From: Chrysomallon squamiferum
Lineage: Eukaryota > Animalia > Mollusca
Direction of reading: 5' to 3'
NCBI GenBank assembly: GCA_012295275.1
Contig: CM022679.1
Span: forward strand, 3,162,001 to 3,226,000
DNA: 64,000 nt
This document shows, in pieces, positions 28,360 to 41,300 of this stretch. The notes under the pieces are model-generated. The model was not told where the DNA came from and did no database searches. It saw only the letters and a program-made list of their open reading frames with translations. A program made the translations under genes and the position numbers. Numbering within the stretch: position 1 is the stretch's first letter; every line of letters starts with the position of its first letter.

Positions 28360-29057
28360 AAAAAAAAAATATTACAATGCACATTGATGACTTTCTAGCA
28401 CGCGCACGTGCACGTGCAACTACACTTCCCGCGGAAATTGCTTATTGTCGTCGGTTTAAAAAGGTAATAAGACTTTCGTACTTGTTTTCTGAGCGAAATA
28501 ATCATATTAATATAAAAAGAACACCGGCCAATAATTGATGTAATAGTTCCATTACGGCTGATGAGAGGGAAGGGACTTAACTGCACTGTTCAGTTGTGTC
28601 CCTTTGCGCGCGGTAACAATACCTCAAAAACACTGACAATCATCAACATGCATAATCGGCAATATTTACCGAAGAAAGATTCCGATCTTTAACAAGCCAA
28701 CGCGATTCATTTTACCGGAAATTCTCAATTGAAGGGCTTTGTTGTTTTTTTCCCGTTTTATTTTCAGGGGGAAACAACAATTACATTTGGCGGCTGGGGA
28801 TCAAAGGGGCCGCCCTTGAAAATGCATTGACAAAGTACCAGCCAATCGATAAACCGCGAATGAATGGGAAAAAATAATCTAAGGTGAAAAAAAAACAACA
28901 AAAAAACAGAAAGTGTACAAAGACTTTTTTCTTCTTTTTAATTATTATTGTTGTTATCATCATGATCATCATGATCATCAACATCATCATCATCATGATC
29001 ATCAGCTGGACTTCAAATTTAATTATTAAGAATTTAACGGGGTACTATTTATTTATT

Positions 29058-29061
<4 letters not shown>

Positions 29062-29152
<91 letters not shown>
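29062..29152. repeat. (TC)n microsatellite
   Basis: Directly visible; a complementary (GA)n tract lies at 29754-29818. Confidence 0.95.
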
Positions 29153-29154
<2 letters not shown>

Positions 29155-29752
29155 GTTTCTTTCTTTTTTCCCCCTTTTTCAGCACTGTATTTTTTCACCT
29201 TTTTTTTTACATTTACGTCTTCGTATGTTTTAACACCTGATTAAAACCAATACCGTTAAGAGAATGACACACAACGCTGACTTTTAGGTGGCGCTTTTCT
29301 TTTCTGCTTTTAATTGGGTATCAAGGGGGCGTCACCCTCTTCGCGTCAAATATGACAGTCGCTGATTTGTACAGCGAAAACGAGTTTACCTTAATCTGTA
29401 ATTATCTATGTGAATGAAGTTTTAGAATCAGTAATTGCCTTTCAGAACACCAAAAACTTTTAAGTATAATTACTTTCCACTTTTATGTGTAATTATATTT
29501 GACTATTTCATTTGTAAAAAAAAAATAATAATAACAAGAAAAAAAAAAAAATAATAAAAAAAAAAAAATAAAAAAATAAGATGTCGGAATCAAATGTCCA
29601 CAACAAAATGTTCTTTTTAATCGCAAAAATAAAAAAACTGTTTATTGTAAAATAAAAGAAGAAGAGTGAAAAGAAATGATTTAGGCAGAAAGATTGAACG
29701 ACAGGGGAAGAAACAAAGAAAAAAAATTTGTGAAAGTAAATCAGACATATTT

Positions 29753-29824
<72 letters not shown>

Positions 29825-30250
29825 AAAACTGTAATAATAATAAAAAAAAAAAAATGGAAATAATTATATCTAAACAACAAACAGAATAGAGCAATAAACT
29901 GCAAACACCTGCGGAAAGAAGACAAGTCAATTCATCAAACTTCGCCCCTAGAGCTGTTTGAGTCTGTGTGGCGCGTTTAACCGTCATTTAATGTAACCAC
30001 TTCACACACGCGACACAGTTCAAATGTGTCTCATCTTTACAACGTTTCTCCGCGCCTGTAGACTTTTTTACGGTCATTTGCTGGTCGTTTAATCCGAGAT
30101 AAATCTTACCCAGTGGTCATTTAGCACCGTGACCACCACCGTCATTCATTAGGGCTAAAAAGCAACGGCTTTTTACCTGTGGGTTTGTGGTGGTTATTAG
30201 AAGTTTAGAATGATTAACGCCCCTCTCTCTTGATCACGTGGCTAGGTGGC

Positions 30251-30266
30251 GCTGGCACGCGCCAGC
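30251..30266. promoter_or_regulatory. Hairy/E(spl)-type bHLH repressor site TGGCACGCGCCA
   Basis: Class C core CACGCG with optimal flanks, near-palindrome GCTGGC-ACGC-GCCAGC; CACGTG at 30235-30240. Confidence 0.5.
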
Positions 30267-33200
30267 ATGTTTGAGACAGGGTGCGAGTTGAAACCATGAT
30301 TTATGTTATTAACGAGAGCGTGTGATGCTTTGGTTCTGCTTAGCATTTAACATGATGCTAGATCTGAAGAGTTAAATTATAGGACTTACATACTGACATT
30401 TCATATCTCACACTAATAAATACACACAATAAAAATACACAGGCACGCACAATCGCTATCTGTATATAAATGTATTAGTGTGCATGGGTATACATACATA
30501 TATGTACGCGAGTTCCTACGTGCGTGTGTATGTATATAAGTAAATACATATGTAGGTAGGTAGGAAGGAAGTAGCTAGAGTAAAAAACCAAAGAACCGTA
30601 ACAGAATTAAAAGAACTCACAGTGTGCTCACCAGCTAATAAAATGAAACAGGTGTTTGATAAATAAACACGAAACCTCATGTTTTTAAAAGAGTAAGGTG
30701 AACCCATTTATCTACGCAGCAATCGTGCAATGAAAACGTAATGACCCTGTCACACCAACAGATTTGCTGTACCGATTACTGACGTTCCGCTCAATTGTGA
30801 AACCATTAAGTTTAGGCGATTTTTGCACACGTGCATTCACGTGCGACTCATGTTCTCTTTGCACGCGTTACATTATTGGCACGTGACTCGTGTAAAAAAG
30901 CTCGTGCTAAAAATACTGGGATGATAAATCAGAGCTTGACGACTCACGTTTTTCAAATTAACATAAATAGAAAAGAATATATAAATATTTATTTAACGAC
31001 ATTAATTTGTTTTTATGATAAACGTTTTCTATAACAAGATTTTATGTGATGCTATGAAAGAGGATACCTCTCTAGCATTAGCAACAATATTTATTTATTT
31101 ATTTATTTATTTTTTTTTTTTTAATGATTTTTGTTGAAGTTGATGTAATACAAAGAAAATTTGGTCCCATCTCATTTGCTTACCAGTGGCCCTCACAGAT
31201 ACACTTGCACATTCAGTTCATTATAACTAATAATATAAAACACAATGATTGGTAATTGAAAATGAAATGAAGGTTAAAGATAATGATTTTGAAATTGTGA
31301 TGAAAGTGTAGTTTTTTGTGGGGGGTTTTTTTTATTGGGTGTGTTTTTTTTTGGTGTGTTTTTTGTAAAATATGCACGTTTGTGTTTGTCTCATGACTTG
31401 GCCATTGTTAAAGAAAGTTTATTTAAATAAAGTGAACATTTTTGATAAACTAAACGTAGATAAGTAGATAAAAATGAAAACTCAGATATATTTTTTTTAA
31501 TTTTTAATTTTTTTTATCCTAGACCTCATTTCAATGAAATATCTCAAACTGAGCCATAGCTTTGTCAAGAAAATCAGTTTTTTTTTTTTTTTTTTTTTTT
31601 TTCAGAGGATTCAAACTTAATTTATGTTTAGACCGTGCGTGATCAGCACTGGCTCGCGCAGTAAGGCATTACTAAACCATAAATTTACTCGCTGGTGATT
31701 TTTTTCCTTTTTGCGCCGGCTCTAGCGTGATTGCTGTCCTCCAGACACAACGAAACGATGTCATCTTAAATCACAGACAAAATGGACGTCCCCTTTGAGC
31801 TCAACAACCGTTAATTCTTCTTTATCAGATAGCAAGTTTTAACAAGGAGATGGTCATAAACATGTTTTCCGGCTGGGAACTCTCGCAAAGAATTAATCCA
31901 CGACGATATGATCATCCTATTCAGCTGCACTCACCTGGAAGCTCGACGTTTAGATCAACGAAATGGTTTATCTCCCTTTTTTGTTTTTTTCAACCTCTTC
32001 TTTTTCTGTTTTGCCAGGTGCTGGGTTCCCGATTTCGCTGGGTCGCTGAACTTCGCCACGTTTGGTAAATTACACTGCGCCGGGAAGAGCAATTTAGATA
32101 AAGTGATTTTTGCTCAGTTTTATCCGGTGCTATTGTTTTCAGTAGCTGAAACAAGTAGCTGATATTGTGTTAAGTAAGTTACGCGAATAATGTTAGCTCC
32201 GTGTTTTTTAAAGAGTTGTTCTATGTTTCAGTGCACGAGTTTGAATTAAGAGACACAGTATAGAGATTAGTTTATTATGATTGTGCTAAAACTCAGGAGG
32301 TTGATCCGCCATCAGTCAAAAGATCAGTCCTTTTTTTTTTGATGGACGTTTTCAGCTAATTCCCGTTCTAACCGCCAGGTGAGTTGGGATAAGAAATGGT
32401 TGATACTTTATTTTGATTTGCCTGCAGCTCAGACCAAGATTAATGCAGATTTATCTTTGCAGTCAGAATTTAAAAATACAGACGCAGGTTAAACTGATTG
32501 TACTTTGCAGTTATGACTAGGATGTAATTCTAAATGCACAGTTCCATATTTTTTTCTGTCCATGACAAACTATCCCCAATAATTTTTTTTTTTTTTTTTT
32601 TCTGTGGGAAAATGGATTTAAAACATTTTTTGCTGATCTGCGACAGAAAATACTGCAGCTTTCGAGTTGGGATGTCAAAAATGTTCAAAAATTCTTAATA
32701 ATTATTAATCGTGAAGACCATTAATTATAAATGATGATAACGGTAATAATATTTCGTTAAATAATATTTCACTGATTCATTTTACAAATAATTTAAGATG
32801 TTGTAAGATATATTGTTAAATATATATATTATACTGTTTGTGAAAGATCAAACAGGTTACAATAATAAAATGCAAAATACATCGTTTTTCTTTTTAAAGT
32901 TTCGTTTACCATTGATTGACAATTTGAATTTCGTATTGTTGTGTTAATTTTGTTTGATTATTTTGTTTATTCAGATTTCAGTGAACGTGAACGCACGCAA
33001 GTCTGCACGCTCTCCCACTCTCCCCCCACCCGCTGCGTCATATTGAGAATCTTTAGGCCAGTCTTATCAGTGCATAAAAACCTTTTCTGAATTTTGCCAT
33101 TAACGACGCATCTAACTATTTTAACACAGCCCATCTTCCTACGTTGGAAATCTTTTCAATTACCGTAATTTTGAAAAGAGATTTAAACTGAAAATTTTAC

Positions 33201-34499
33201 GACAGATAATATTGCAGCTAAGAAAAGCACAAAAGAGTGCTGCTGCTCAACCAGTGTGTCGGCTTTGTTGACGTCGTTGTTGACGTCGCTCTCGTTACCA
33301 GGATAACATCTTCATGTTGGTCATCCGTGGATAATCTTGCACTGGAGAAACCACTCGACCGAAAAAACTAAATAAAAATAAAAACACTCGGGAAAAAAAG
33401 CTTTCTTCTCATATTACTGTCAGTCTTCTGTTTTGGGAAGAAGAATAATGAAAAAAAATGAAAAAAAAAAAAAAAAAAAAAAAGAGAAGGAAACGAAACA
33501 AAATGATGGAGAAAAAAAAAAAAAAAAAAAAAAAAATAGAAAAACTGGAACAAAACAAGACTATGAAATGAAAAAAGACAGAACGTATTGTAGAATAAAA
33601 AGAAGGCATAAAATTAAGTAAAAAAACCAGAAGAATCAAATAATAAAGAAGACAATAATTGAAATGTCTAATTAAGAATGCTTAGTAAATTTAGGAATAA
33701 TTGGAAAAAAACAAAAACAAAAACAAAAACAACAAAAACAACAACAACAAACAAAAAAACAACAACAACATTTTATTCTAGCAAAAACTATATATTTTTT
33801 TATATTAGTTAAGCTTTTCTTTATTTGATCAGTTTCTCGTCAGTGTATGTAATAATCATACTCAGTGCAAATAGTTCAAGCCAGCACAGAGGTTTACTGT
33901 ATTTTTACAAAACATTTCTCACAGTTAAAACATTTACCCGACCCCCCACCCCCCGAACCTGAGCATCACGGACTTTACCGAATCCCTACGTCAGTCATTT
34001 TTGATGAGACTGTATCAACGCAGAACTATAAACATTAAATGTTCATCGATTAAGTTAGTATTTGTTTCTGATGATGTTTTTTTTTCTATCTTTTTCTTCA
34101 TTTCTTGAGTCGTCATCTTCTTCAAAAACATACATCTGTACATAGTACATATTTTTTTCTTTCTTAAAACGTATTTTCCGTTTGAAATGTTCTCAGTTTT
34201 AACTAAAAACAGAAAACAAAACGTGTTTTTCTTAATCAATTATTTTCACATAATATGATATTGTTAAGAAGGAATTACGCTGAAAGAAACCTTCCAACCA
34301 CGAAATGTTTAAAATTAGCATAACCTGAATCAAACGTCTTTTTTATTCTTTTCTTTTTTAAATTTTACAATTTTATAAATACTACTACTACTACTAATAA
34401 TAATAACAACAGAAGAAGAAGAAGAAGAAGAAGAAGAAGAAGAAGAAGAAGAAGAAGACACAAAAGGAAGGGATTGAAAAAGAAAGAAGGTACATCGCA

Positions 34500-34909
34500 C
34501 TGAACACGCAGCAGTCACCAAACAAAACTGTGTAAAAGTTTCATCTTAAAGCCACCGAGAGAAGCAGAAGGATGTCTACAAGACTGGCCACGTTCTGCGC
34601 GAGACGTTCTGCACGAGACGTTCTGCGCGAGACAGCCGCATAGCGGGACGTTCTGAAAGCGAGTCAGCCACTTGAGGGCGCGTGGCCACCCATGTGCGAC
34701 AGTCGATCTCATTGGACGTTTTACGTACGTAGTCCTTCGTCGAACACGCCGCCGTGTTGATGATAAAAGGTGGAGAGTGTTTGATTTCGATATAATCACG
34801 ACAGGTACTGCTACTTTTCGGAAGGGCTGGTTTCAATAGACTCCCGTGAAATAGGAAAGAGGAACGTTTGCGAGCAGAATAGTAGTTTCCGTAACGCTTT
34901 CAAAAATAG
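34500..34909 (+). promoter_or_regulatory. Probable promoter and 5'UTR exon of atonal paralogue B
   Basis: CpG-rich block, GATAAAAG TATA variant at ~34762, CGCGTG at 34679, donor AG|GTACAT at 34910. Confidence 0.5.
34591..34632. repeat. Three tandem 14-bp units CGTTCTGCRCGAGA in the promoter of atonal paralogue B
   Basis: Directly visible. Confidence 0.85.
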
Positions 34910-35058
34910 GTACATGGATTTTTATTTATAACAGGCAAAACAGCATTATGTGAATTGTTATTTATATTATAAATATTATGCATGTTGTATATATATGCAT
35001 GTATGCAGGTGCAGCTATATAAATAATTATTACTTTATGTTTTTATTTGTGTTTTCAG
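34910..35058 (+). other. Probable 149-nt 5'UTR intron of atonal paralogue B
   Basis: AT-rich segment bounded by GT (34910) and tttgtgttttcAG (35058), 50 nt before the ATG. Confidence 0.55.
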
Positions 35059-35108
35059 AAGCGGACCAGCTGTTAAGGGTGTAACGTTTACGACAGCATC
35101 TTTTCGCA

Positions 35109-35690
35109 ATGAACGTAACGACTCTGGACGAGCAGGAACTGCAGCAGACGGCTCGTTACAGAAAGTGCGTCAACATCACCCTCGACTCGACGATGCTTAC
35201 AAGCAAACTGACAATCAACACCACGCAGGAAGGGCAGGTCTGCAGACACAGGCTCTCCTCCCTCGGAGACAGCCCCCCGTCCACGCCCTGCACGCCTCTC
35301 ACTTCGGCCAGCTCCGTGGGCAGCGAGGGCCACTACTTCACCTTCTCGCCGCTGTCGTTTCCCGAAGACGACAGCGACAACGATCACTCGGCCGGTTCGC
35401 CGTGCAAGACCCCTCAGATCATCTCTCCCACAGCAGCAACAACGACGACAACGCCGAGAAGTTCGTCGAAGAGGACGAAGACGAAGGCGACGAAGGCAGA
35501 GATGAAGCGACGACGTCTGGCCGCTAACGCCAGAGAGAGGCGACGGATGGACGGACTGAACGTCGCGTTTGACAAACTGCGGGCCGTGTTGCCGGACACG
35601 CTGGAAGACAGGCAGTGGTCCAAGTACGACACGCTGCAGATGGCGCAGACCTACATCGAGGCTCTCAACGAAATTCTTGCCAAACGATAA
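35109..35690 (+). CDS. ato: Atonal-family proneural bHLH transcription factor (paralogue B), 193 aa
   Basis: GC-rich ORF with b[61 protein letters not shown]; S/T/P-rich N-terminus. Confidence 0.93.
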   Translation: MNVTTLDEQELQQTARYRKCVNITLDSTMLTSKLTINTTQEGQVCRHRLSSLGDSPPSTPCTPLTSASSVGSEGHYFTFSPLSFPEDDSDNDHSAGSPCKTPQIISPTAATTTTTPRSSSKRTKTKATKAEMKRRRLAANARERRRMDGLNVAFDKLRAVLPDTLEDRQWSKYDTLQMAQTYIEALNEILAKR

Positions 35691-37041
35691 CTCCGAAATA
35701 TTATCAGACAAGATTTTATGTTTGGAACTGTAAAAGACAGAAAGAGAAAAATATTCGTTGTTGTTATGCCCAAGTGATAAGAAAATTTACTTCTTTTTTT
35801 TTTTTTAAGAAAAACAAATATATATATATATATATATATAGATATATAGATATAGCTATGAAAAAGAAATTGTTGATGATTTTTACTTTGAAGTAACACG
35901 TTGTAAGCTGTTTCATGTTCCTAAGAAGAATTCTGTAGAAAATGTAATATTTCATAGAATATGAAAAGTATAGGTACATCTATATAAATTTTTGCTTCCA
36001 TCTCAAGGCTCAAGGAAATTTCAATTAGGACCCACAAGTGAAAGAATTTTTCTGAATTAACATCATTACGTACTGTAATTCCGTTCGACATTTTAAACAT
36101 TTGTTATAAACGCTATTTCACATTTAGGAGGATCGTTCAGAATAATAATAATTAAAAAATTATCTGCTTATATTTCACTGGATTGCCTTTAACTGCATTA
36201 AGACATTTCAATGGACATTATATTTCTCCAACTGATTTTCTGCTGTTTTCAAACCAAAAAAAAAAAAAACTTCATATCGCACATAAGTGAACAATCACTT
36301 CGACTGTTTTAGGACTGATATTTAGAATTTAGTGAATCTTTCAGATAACATAAGGATTATAATGCGATCTACAAACGAACTGACTCAGATGAAAAGCAAG
36401 AAGAACACTGATCTCTTTGTTAACAGCTGTTGTTTTTTTATTTTTTATTAATTATTTAAACTTCGCTTTCTATACGTTTTTGAAAGAACAGTGCAAAAGA
36501 AAACAGGTGTTTATACATTTATTCTGTGAAAACAAGAACCAAACATTACCAAACAGTTAAACAGCATATATCAGAAGAATAAGAAAGCTGCGAGAAAGAC
36601 AATAAAAGATGTGTCCAGTCTGAAAGAACAAGAGAAATGAGCACAAAATGTAAACAACGGAGAATCATAATTAGTGAAATATGTTTCTAAACGAGAAGTT
36701 GAACAGAAATTCCTGTGCGGAAAGATTATCACTTTTTGAAAATATTAACGAATATGATAAAAACAACAGCGGTCAGAAAGAAGAAAAGTGAATCAGAATG
36801 GGAAATTGTATGATATTGGAATCTATGTGACTGTATCAGTGAAAATAATTTAATGAAGACACAAAGAAGACTTGAACTGTTCAGAAACCGCGACATCTTA
36901 GCTGCACGGACGTAGAGAGCGGCCATGTTTGAAAACTGTTGCCATATTTGAAACAAAAACAATTAAACAAAAGTTCCCGCCTTACATCGCTAAGTTTTAA
37001 GCTTCTCTTTCGGTAGCTGATGTCTAAATTCCACTCTCAGA

Positions 37042-37049
37042 TTCCCACG
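37042..37049 (-). promoter_or_regulatory. Su(H)/RBPJ consensus site CGTGGGAA
   Basis: TTCCCACG on + strand, 1.35 kb downstream of atonal B; a single 8-mer can occur by chance. Confidence 0.3.
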
Positions 37050-38252
37050 TCGGATAATGAGGTACATTTGAGAACATTGCTTCGACTGATATCCAGTCAA
37101 TCACTGCATCTATCTGTGTAACGGCTGTTAGCAGTTTGGCGTAACGACTTACAGATGTGCAGTTACTCCACTGTGTGCACGAAGATACATTCCACTGGAC
37201 GACAGTGTAACCAGCGATTAGGTAAATTAGAAAGTTTGATATAATTATGTAACCAGATGGACACGAAATGTCTCTTATGTTTCCAAAAGCCTTACAAGAA
37301 ACGGATTTTGATATTACTTTTGTAATTTTTTATTTTTATAAAGAGTGCTCATGTTTTTATGCCATTAATTTTTGTATAATTATCGTTAGAGATTTCAGAT
37401 AAATTTCACTGTTATTGTTTGTTAGATTTACATTGGTTGTGAAATATATCGTACACTAATATTACTGCTGTATATAACACGTTAACGACCTTTAATATAT
37501 CTCATTACAAAGATTTTTTTTTTATTCAGGAATTTTGATTAATGAAATGCCTTGCCGTTTTTGAGGATTATGTTAATTTAGTTTTATAAAGTAAAGAGAA
37601 ATCGAATGATGTCGAACGTAGATTGAATTTTCTATCATTCTTTCTTTCTTTATTTTATTGACTTATTATTATTAATATCATCATCATCAACATAATCATC
37701 ATCATCATCATTATGTCGAATTCGTGTAAAACAAACTCTATTCAGACTGAGTGAAATTGCTAAACACGATTTTTTTTTTTCCTATCTATAAATACCCGAC
37801 CTACTTTAAGGCGTGGGATTTTATCATTTATCGAGGTTACTATAAACGTCCTTACTACGAAACCGTCAGTTAATGGGTTACTGCGGTAGCGTTTCGTTAA
37901 TGGGGTTACTAATGGAGCTTAATCGTGTATGGAGGTTAAACAGGACTGGGCTATTTAACGAGACTGTGTAAAACCTGCTGAATGAGGGTTTTACTGGGCT
38001 CTGTCAGTTAATCAGATTACTAACACTTACCTAACAGTGGGTTGTTTTATTATTCTTTTTAGGCAGTCATATAATAATTTATTCAAGAATAACCAGATTT
38101 TTTTTTTCTAGCACTGTATTAGTGTAGAGATATAATTATCAGAGAATAATATTTGTAAATAGCTAACTTTGTACAGAACAAATTAGTCGATAGTTACAGT
38201 TTACTTTTTGAAAAATGCTATATGAAATGAAAAAATTGGTCGGTTATTATTT

Positions 38253-38255
<3 letters not shown>

Positions 38256-38339
<84 letters not shown>
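38256..38339. repeat. (TC)n microsatellite
   Basis: Directly visible. Confidence 0.95.
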
Positions 38340-38346
<7 letters not shown>

Positions 38347-41300
38347 TCTTGAATAAAAAATTGATTGTAGAACTAAAATGAAAACAAATTTCATAAATAT
38401 AATTAAAACGAAGAAGACGGTCCTTTACGGTAATAATATCAAACATAAAATAAAACAAATAGATAATCAAAACTAAACGTAACTTTAAACAAAAAGACTC
38501 TTGCGCCTTTGAAACAGTAAATAAAACGCTAGCTATTAAATGCTGCGCTTTGTCATTCAAAATTAATTGTTCATTTGTATATACAATTTGATAATATTCG
38601 TAAGAAAAATTCATACGTTTAAAACATATCTAAGATCATTATATATATGGCAAAATAATAAAAAGTGCTATTTATTTTCATTAGGGGAAAAAAAAAAAAA
38701 AAAAAAAAAGGATAAAGAGAAAAGAAGAAAAAAGAAAAGAAAAGAAAAAAAAAATTCTGTTAACGGAATAGGAAGCCTGTTTCAAATTTTAAAGGGAGAC
38801 TACTTGCTCAAAATTTGAATGAATTTTTCTTTCTGAAAAGTTTCAGTATTTAATCCAGGATACATTAAACTGTTTACAGAATGTTAATTTATTACCATAA
38901 AACCTATGAAAAACAGTCTCTGGTTAGGACAAGGTGGTAATTATTTCAAGGAATGTCGCTGTTATTTTACACTTTTTCTTTTATTAGCGTTAATCACGCA
39001 TTTATTTGTTTCAATGTAACTTATAGCGTGCGCTCCGTGTGACGAGTCTGTCAAAACTTTCCACCGTTAAAACCCGCCAACGCCTCTTTCCTGGGACTGG
39101 TTGCTATTGAAACCACCCCGACATATTCTGGATACCCGTTCAATGGGGCAGGCGAAGTAATTATCTAATATGTCGTCTCATCGGCATTTTTTTTTTTATA
39201 TATTTTTTATTATTATTATTATTATTAAATTTTTTGTATCTGCAAGAATGCCGACGGCAGGTGCCAAATAAGAATAACGTACATCCAACATTTCCAGAAA
39301 GCATTCTCGCCATCTTTTGTTGTCAATTAAAGCTTTGCCAACGTTTTTCGGAAGCTCCACAATAAAATGATTCAGTTCTTACCACCACCGACGTTAAATG
39401 ATGCGTGGCCCGCCCGTACTACAAAAGCCGAGTTTCTTTGGGGTAGGGAAAGTGTGAAGTCACGTGACCGAGCGACGTCGCCTCGCATTGCACGAGGAAA
39501 GAGTGGGGAGCAGACGGTTGGCCGCGCGCCCGAGGGTATGTTCGTACGCCGTCTTTTCATCTTTTTCAAAGCCGGCGTAAATGCAATTGATATAGTTGTG
39601 AGTGGGTGAATTGCTTCAGTGGATTGTTGCGTTGTTAAACCGACGGGCTCTCGAAATGTAAAGTAATTTACCAATAGTATATAAATAAATGTCTTTACGG
39701 CTCAGAGGATGTTTTTGTGTTTTGCGTAGAAAGTTCCGTTTTCTTCTTCTTCTTCGTGTATCATCGTGAAGTTTCGTTTCATCTTCGTTTCATTTTGCTT
39801 TGTTATCTTAATTAATTTTTTTTTTTTTTTTTTTAAATTGCCGTAATAGTCGTAACTTGATTTTTGAATGCGAAAAATAATCTACTTTTTTTTTTCTCAG
39901 TATAATTTTTAATAAATAATAAAACTATTTATTATTTATCATTAAATAAATGTAACTTCATGTTTAATAAAGCAACTGATTTTAGATTATATATATACTA
40001 TGTACTTAAAGTATTGTTAATTGCACACAACCTGTAACATTATTTTACAGTATAGTAACAAGATAAATGAAGGTTTATAATTATATGTTATCAACCATCC
40101 GTTTACAGTTTCAGTATTTAAAGTGTACTTGAGGTAGGGCCAACGTTACTATAGTTTAAATACATTTTTCATATTTCCAAGTGACTTTTGATTTAGTTCT
40201 ATATTTGTAACATAATATAATTTAACAATATTTTTTTAGTTACAATTCGTATACTTCGACCTCATTGTTTTGTGTTATTGACAATCCTTTCCTAATAATA
40301 AAGTATGCAAGTTTTCATTTTCATTTATTTCTTCTCTATTTATGACATCATTTCATACATTATAATTGTGAAACTTGGATAGTTTTGTCAGTTTGCAGTC
40401 CTACGTCATTGGAAAAATGAAAATACGATTAGTCTTTGGTATATATAAATAAAATGTTCAGATGTACCCAACTCACTTTATTATGAGCAAAGTCAAGTCT
40501 TCTCAAACCGTTTTACATAATGTTCATGTTTTATAATTAATAATATATATATATATAATGTTTTAATTCTGATAATTGTCACTGCCATCAATTTTGTAAA
40601 ATGTTTTATTTTTTATTTTACGTAAACAATTATGATTATAAATTCTTATAATGTGCATTTTGTAATAACTATCAACGTATGCAATATATTTGTTTAATAT
40701 CATTACCTTGACGAATGTTATCATTTTCCACATAATACATAATAAAATAAACTATTTCATCTATATTTTTTTGACATACAGTTCATAATAACAATACATT
40801 TGTTTGTAATTATCACAAGTCTCATAAATCTACATTCAGTGATCTCAGCAACTGTATTTTTAATTTCATCTTTCTGAATTTTTTTGTCAAGTATATGACA
40901 GTTTTGTATTCATAAATAATATAATTATTGTATCTAAATCAATAATGAATGTATTTTTAATTTGTTATATTTAATGACATAAATAACATACCTTTTTTCT
41001 TTGTTTTTGCCATCCACAAAATCATGATTTATATCAATTTTCTGTAATTTATTATCTTTATGAAAATATATTTTATTATAAGTTCCTCACTTTAAAATTG
41101 TATAATAAACACTTTATAATAATTATTAATTAAACATCGTTTTATCATATTCTGTTATCGTATTCTCATTCCGAAAGCATTCAATTTACAAATGCCAGCA
41201 TTTTACTGAACAGTTTATATTTGTCAATCATATACAATGTACATTTTACAGTTAGCAATATTGTTGTGAATTCATTATCTTAAGAATGTTGTTGAATATT

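Noticed and set aside
35088-35711. 207-aa antisense ORF and other overlapping frames at atonal B
   Set aside because: Shadow ORFs of a GC-rich CDS
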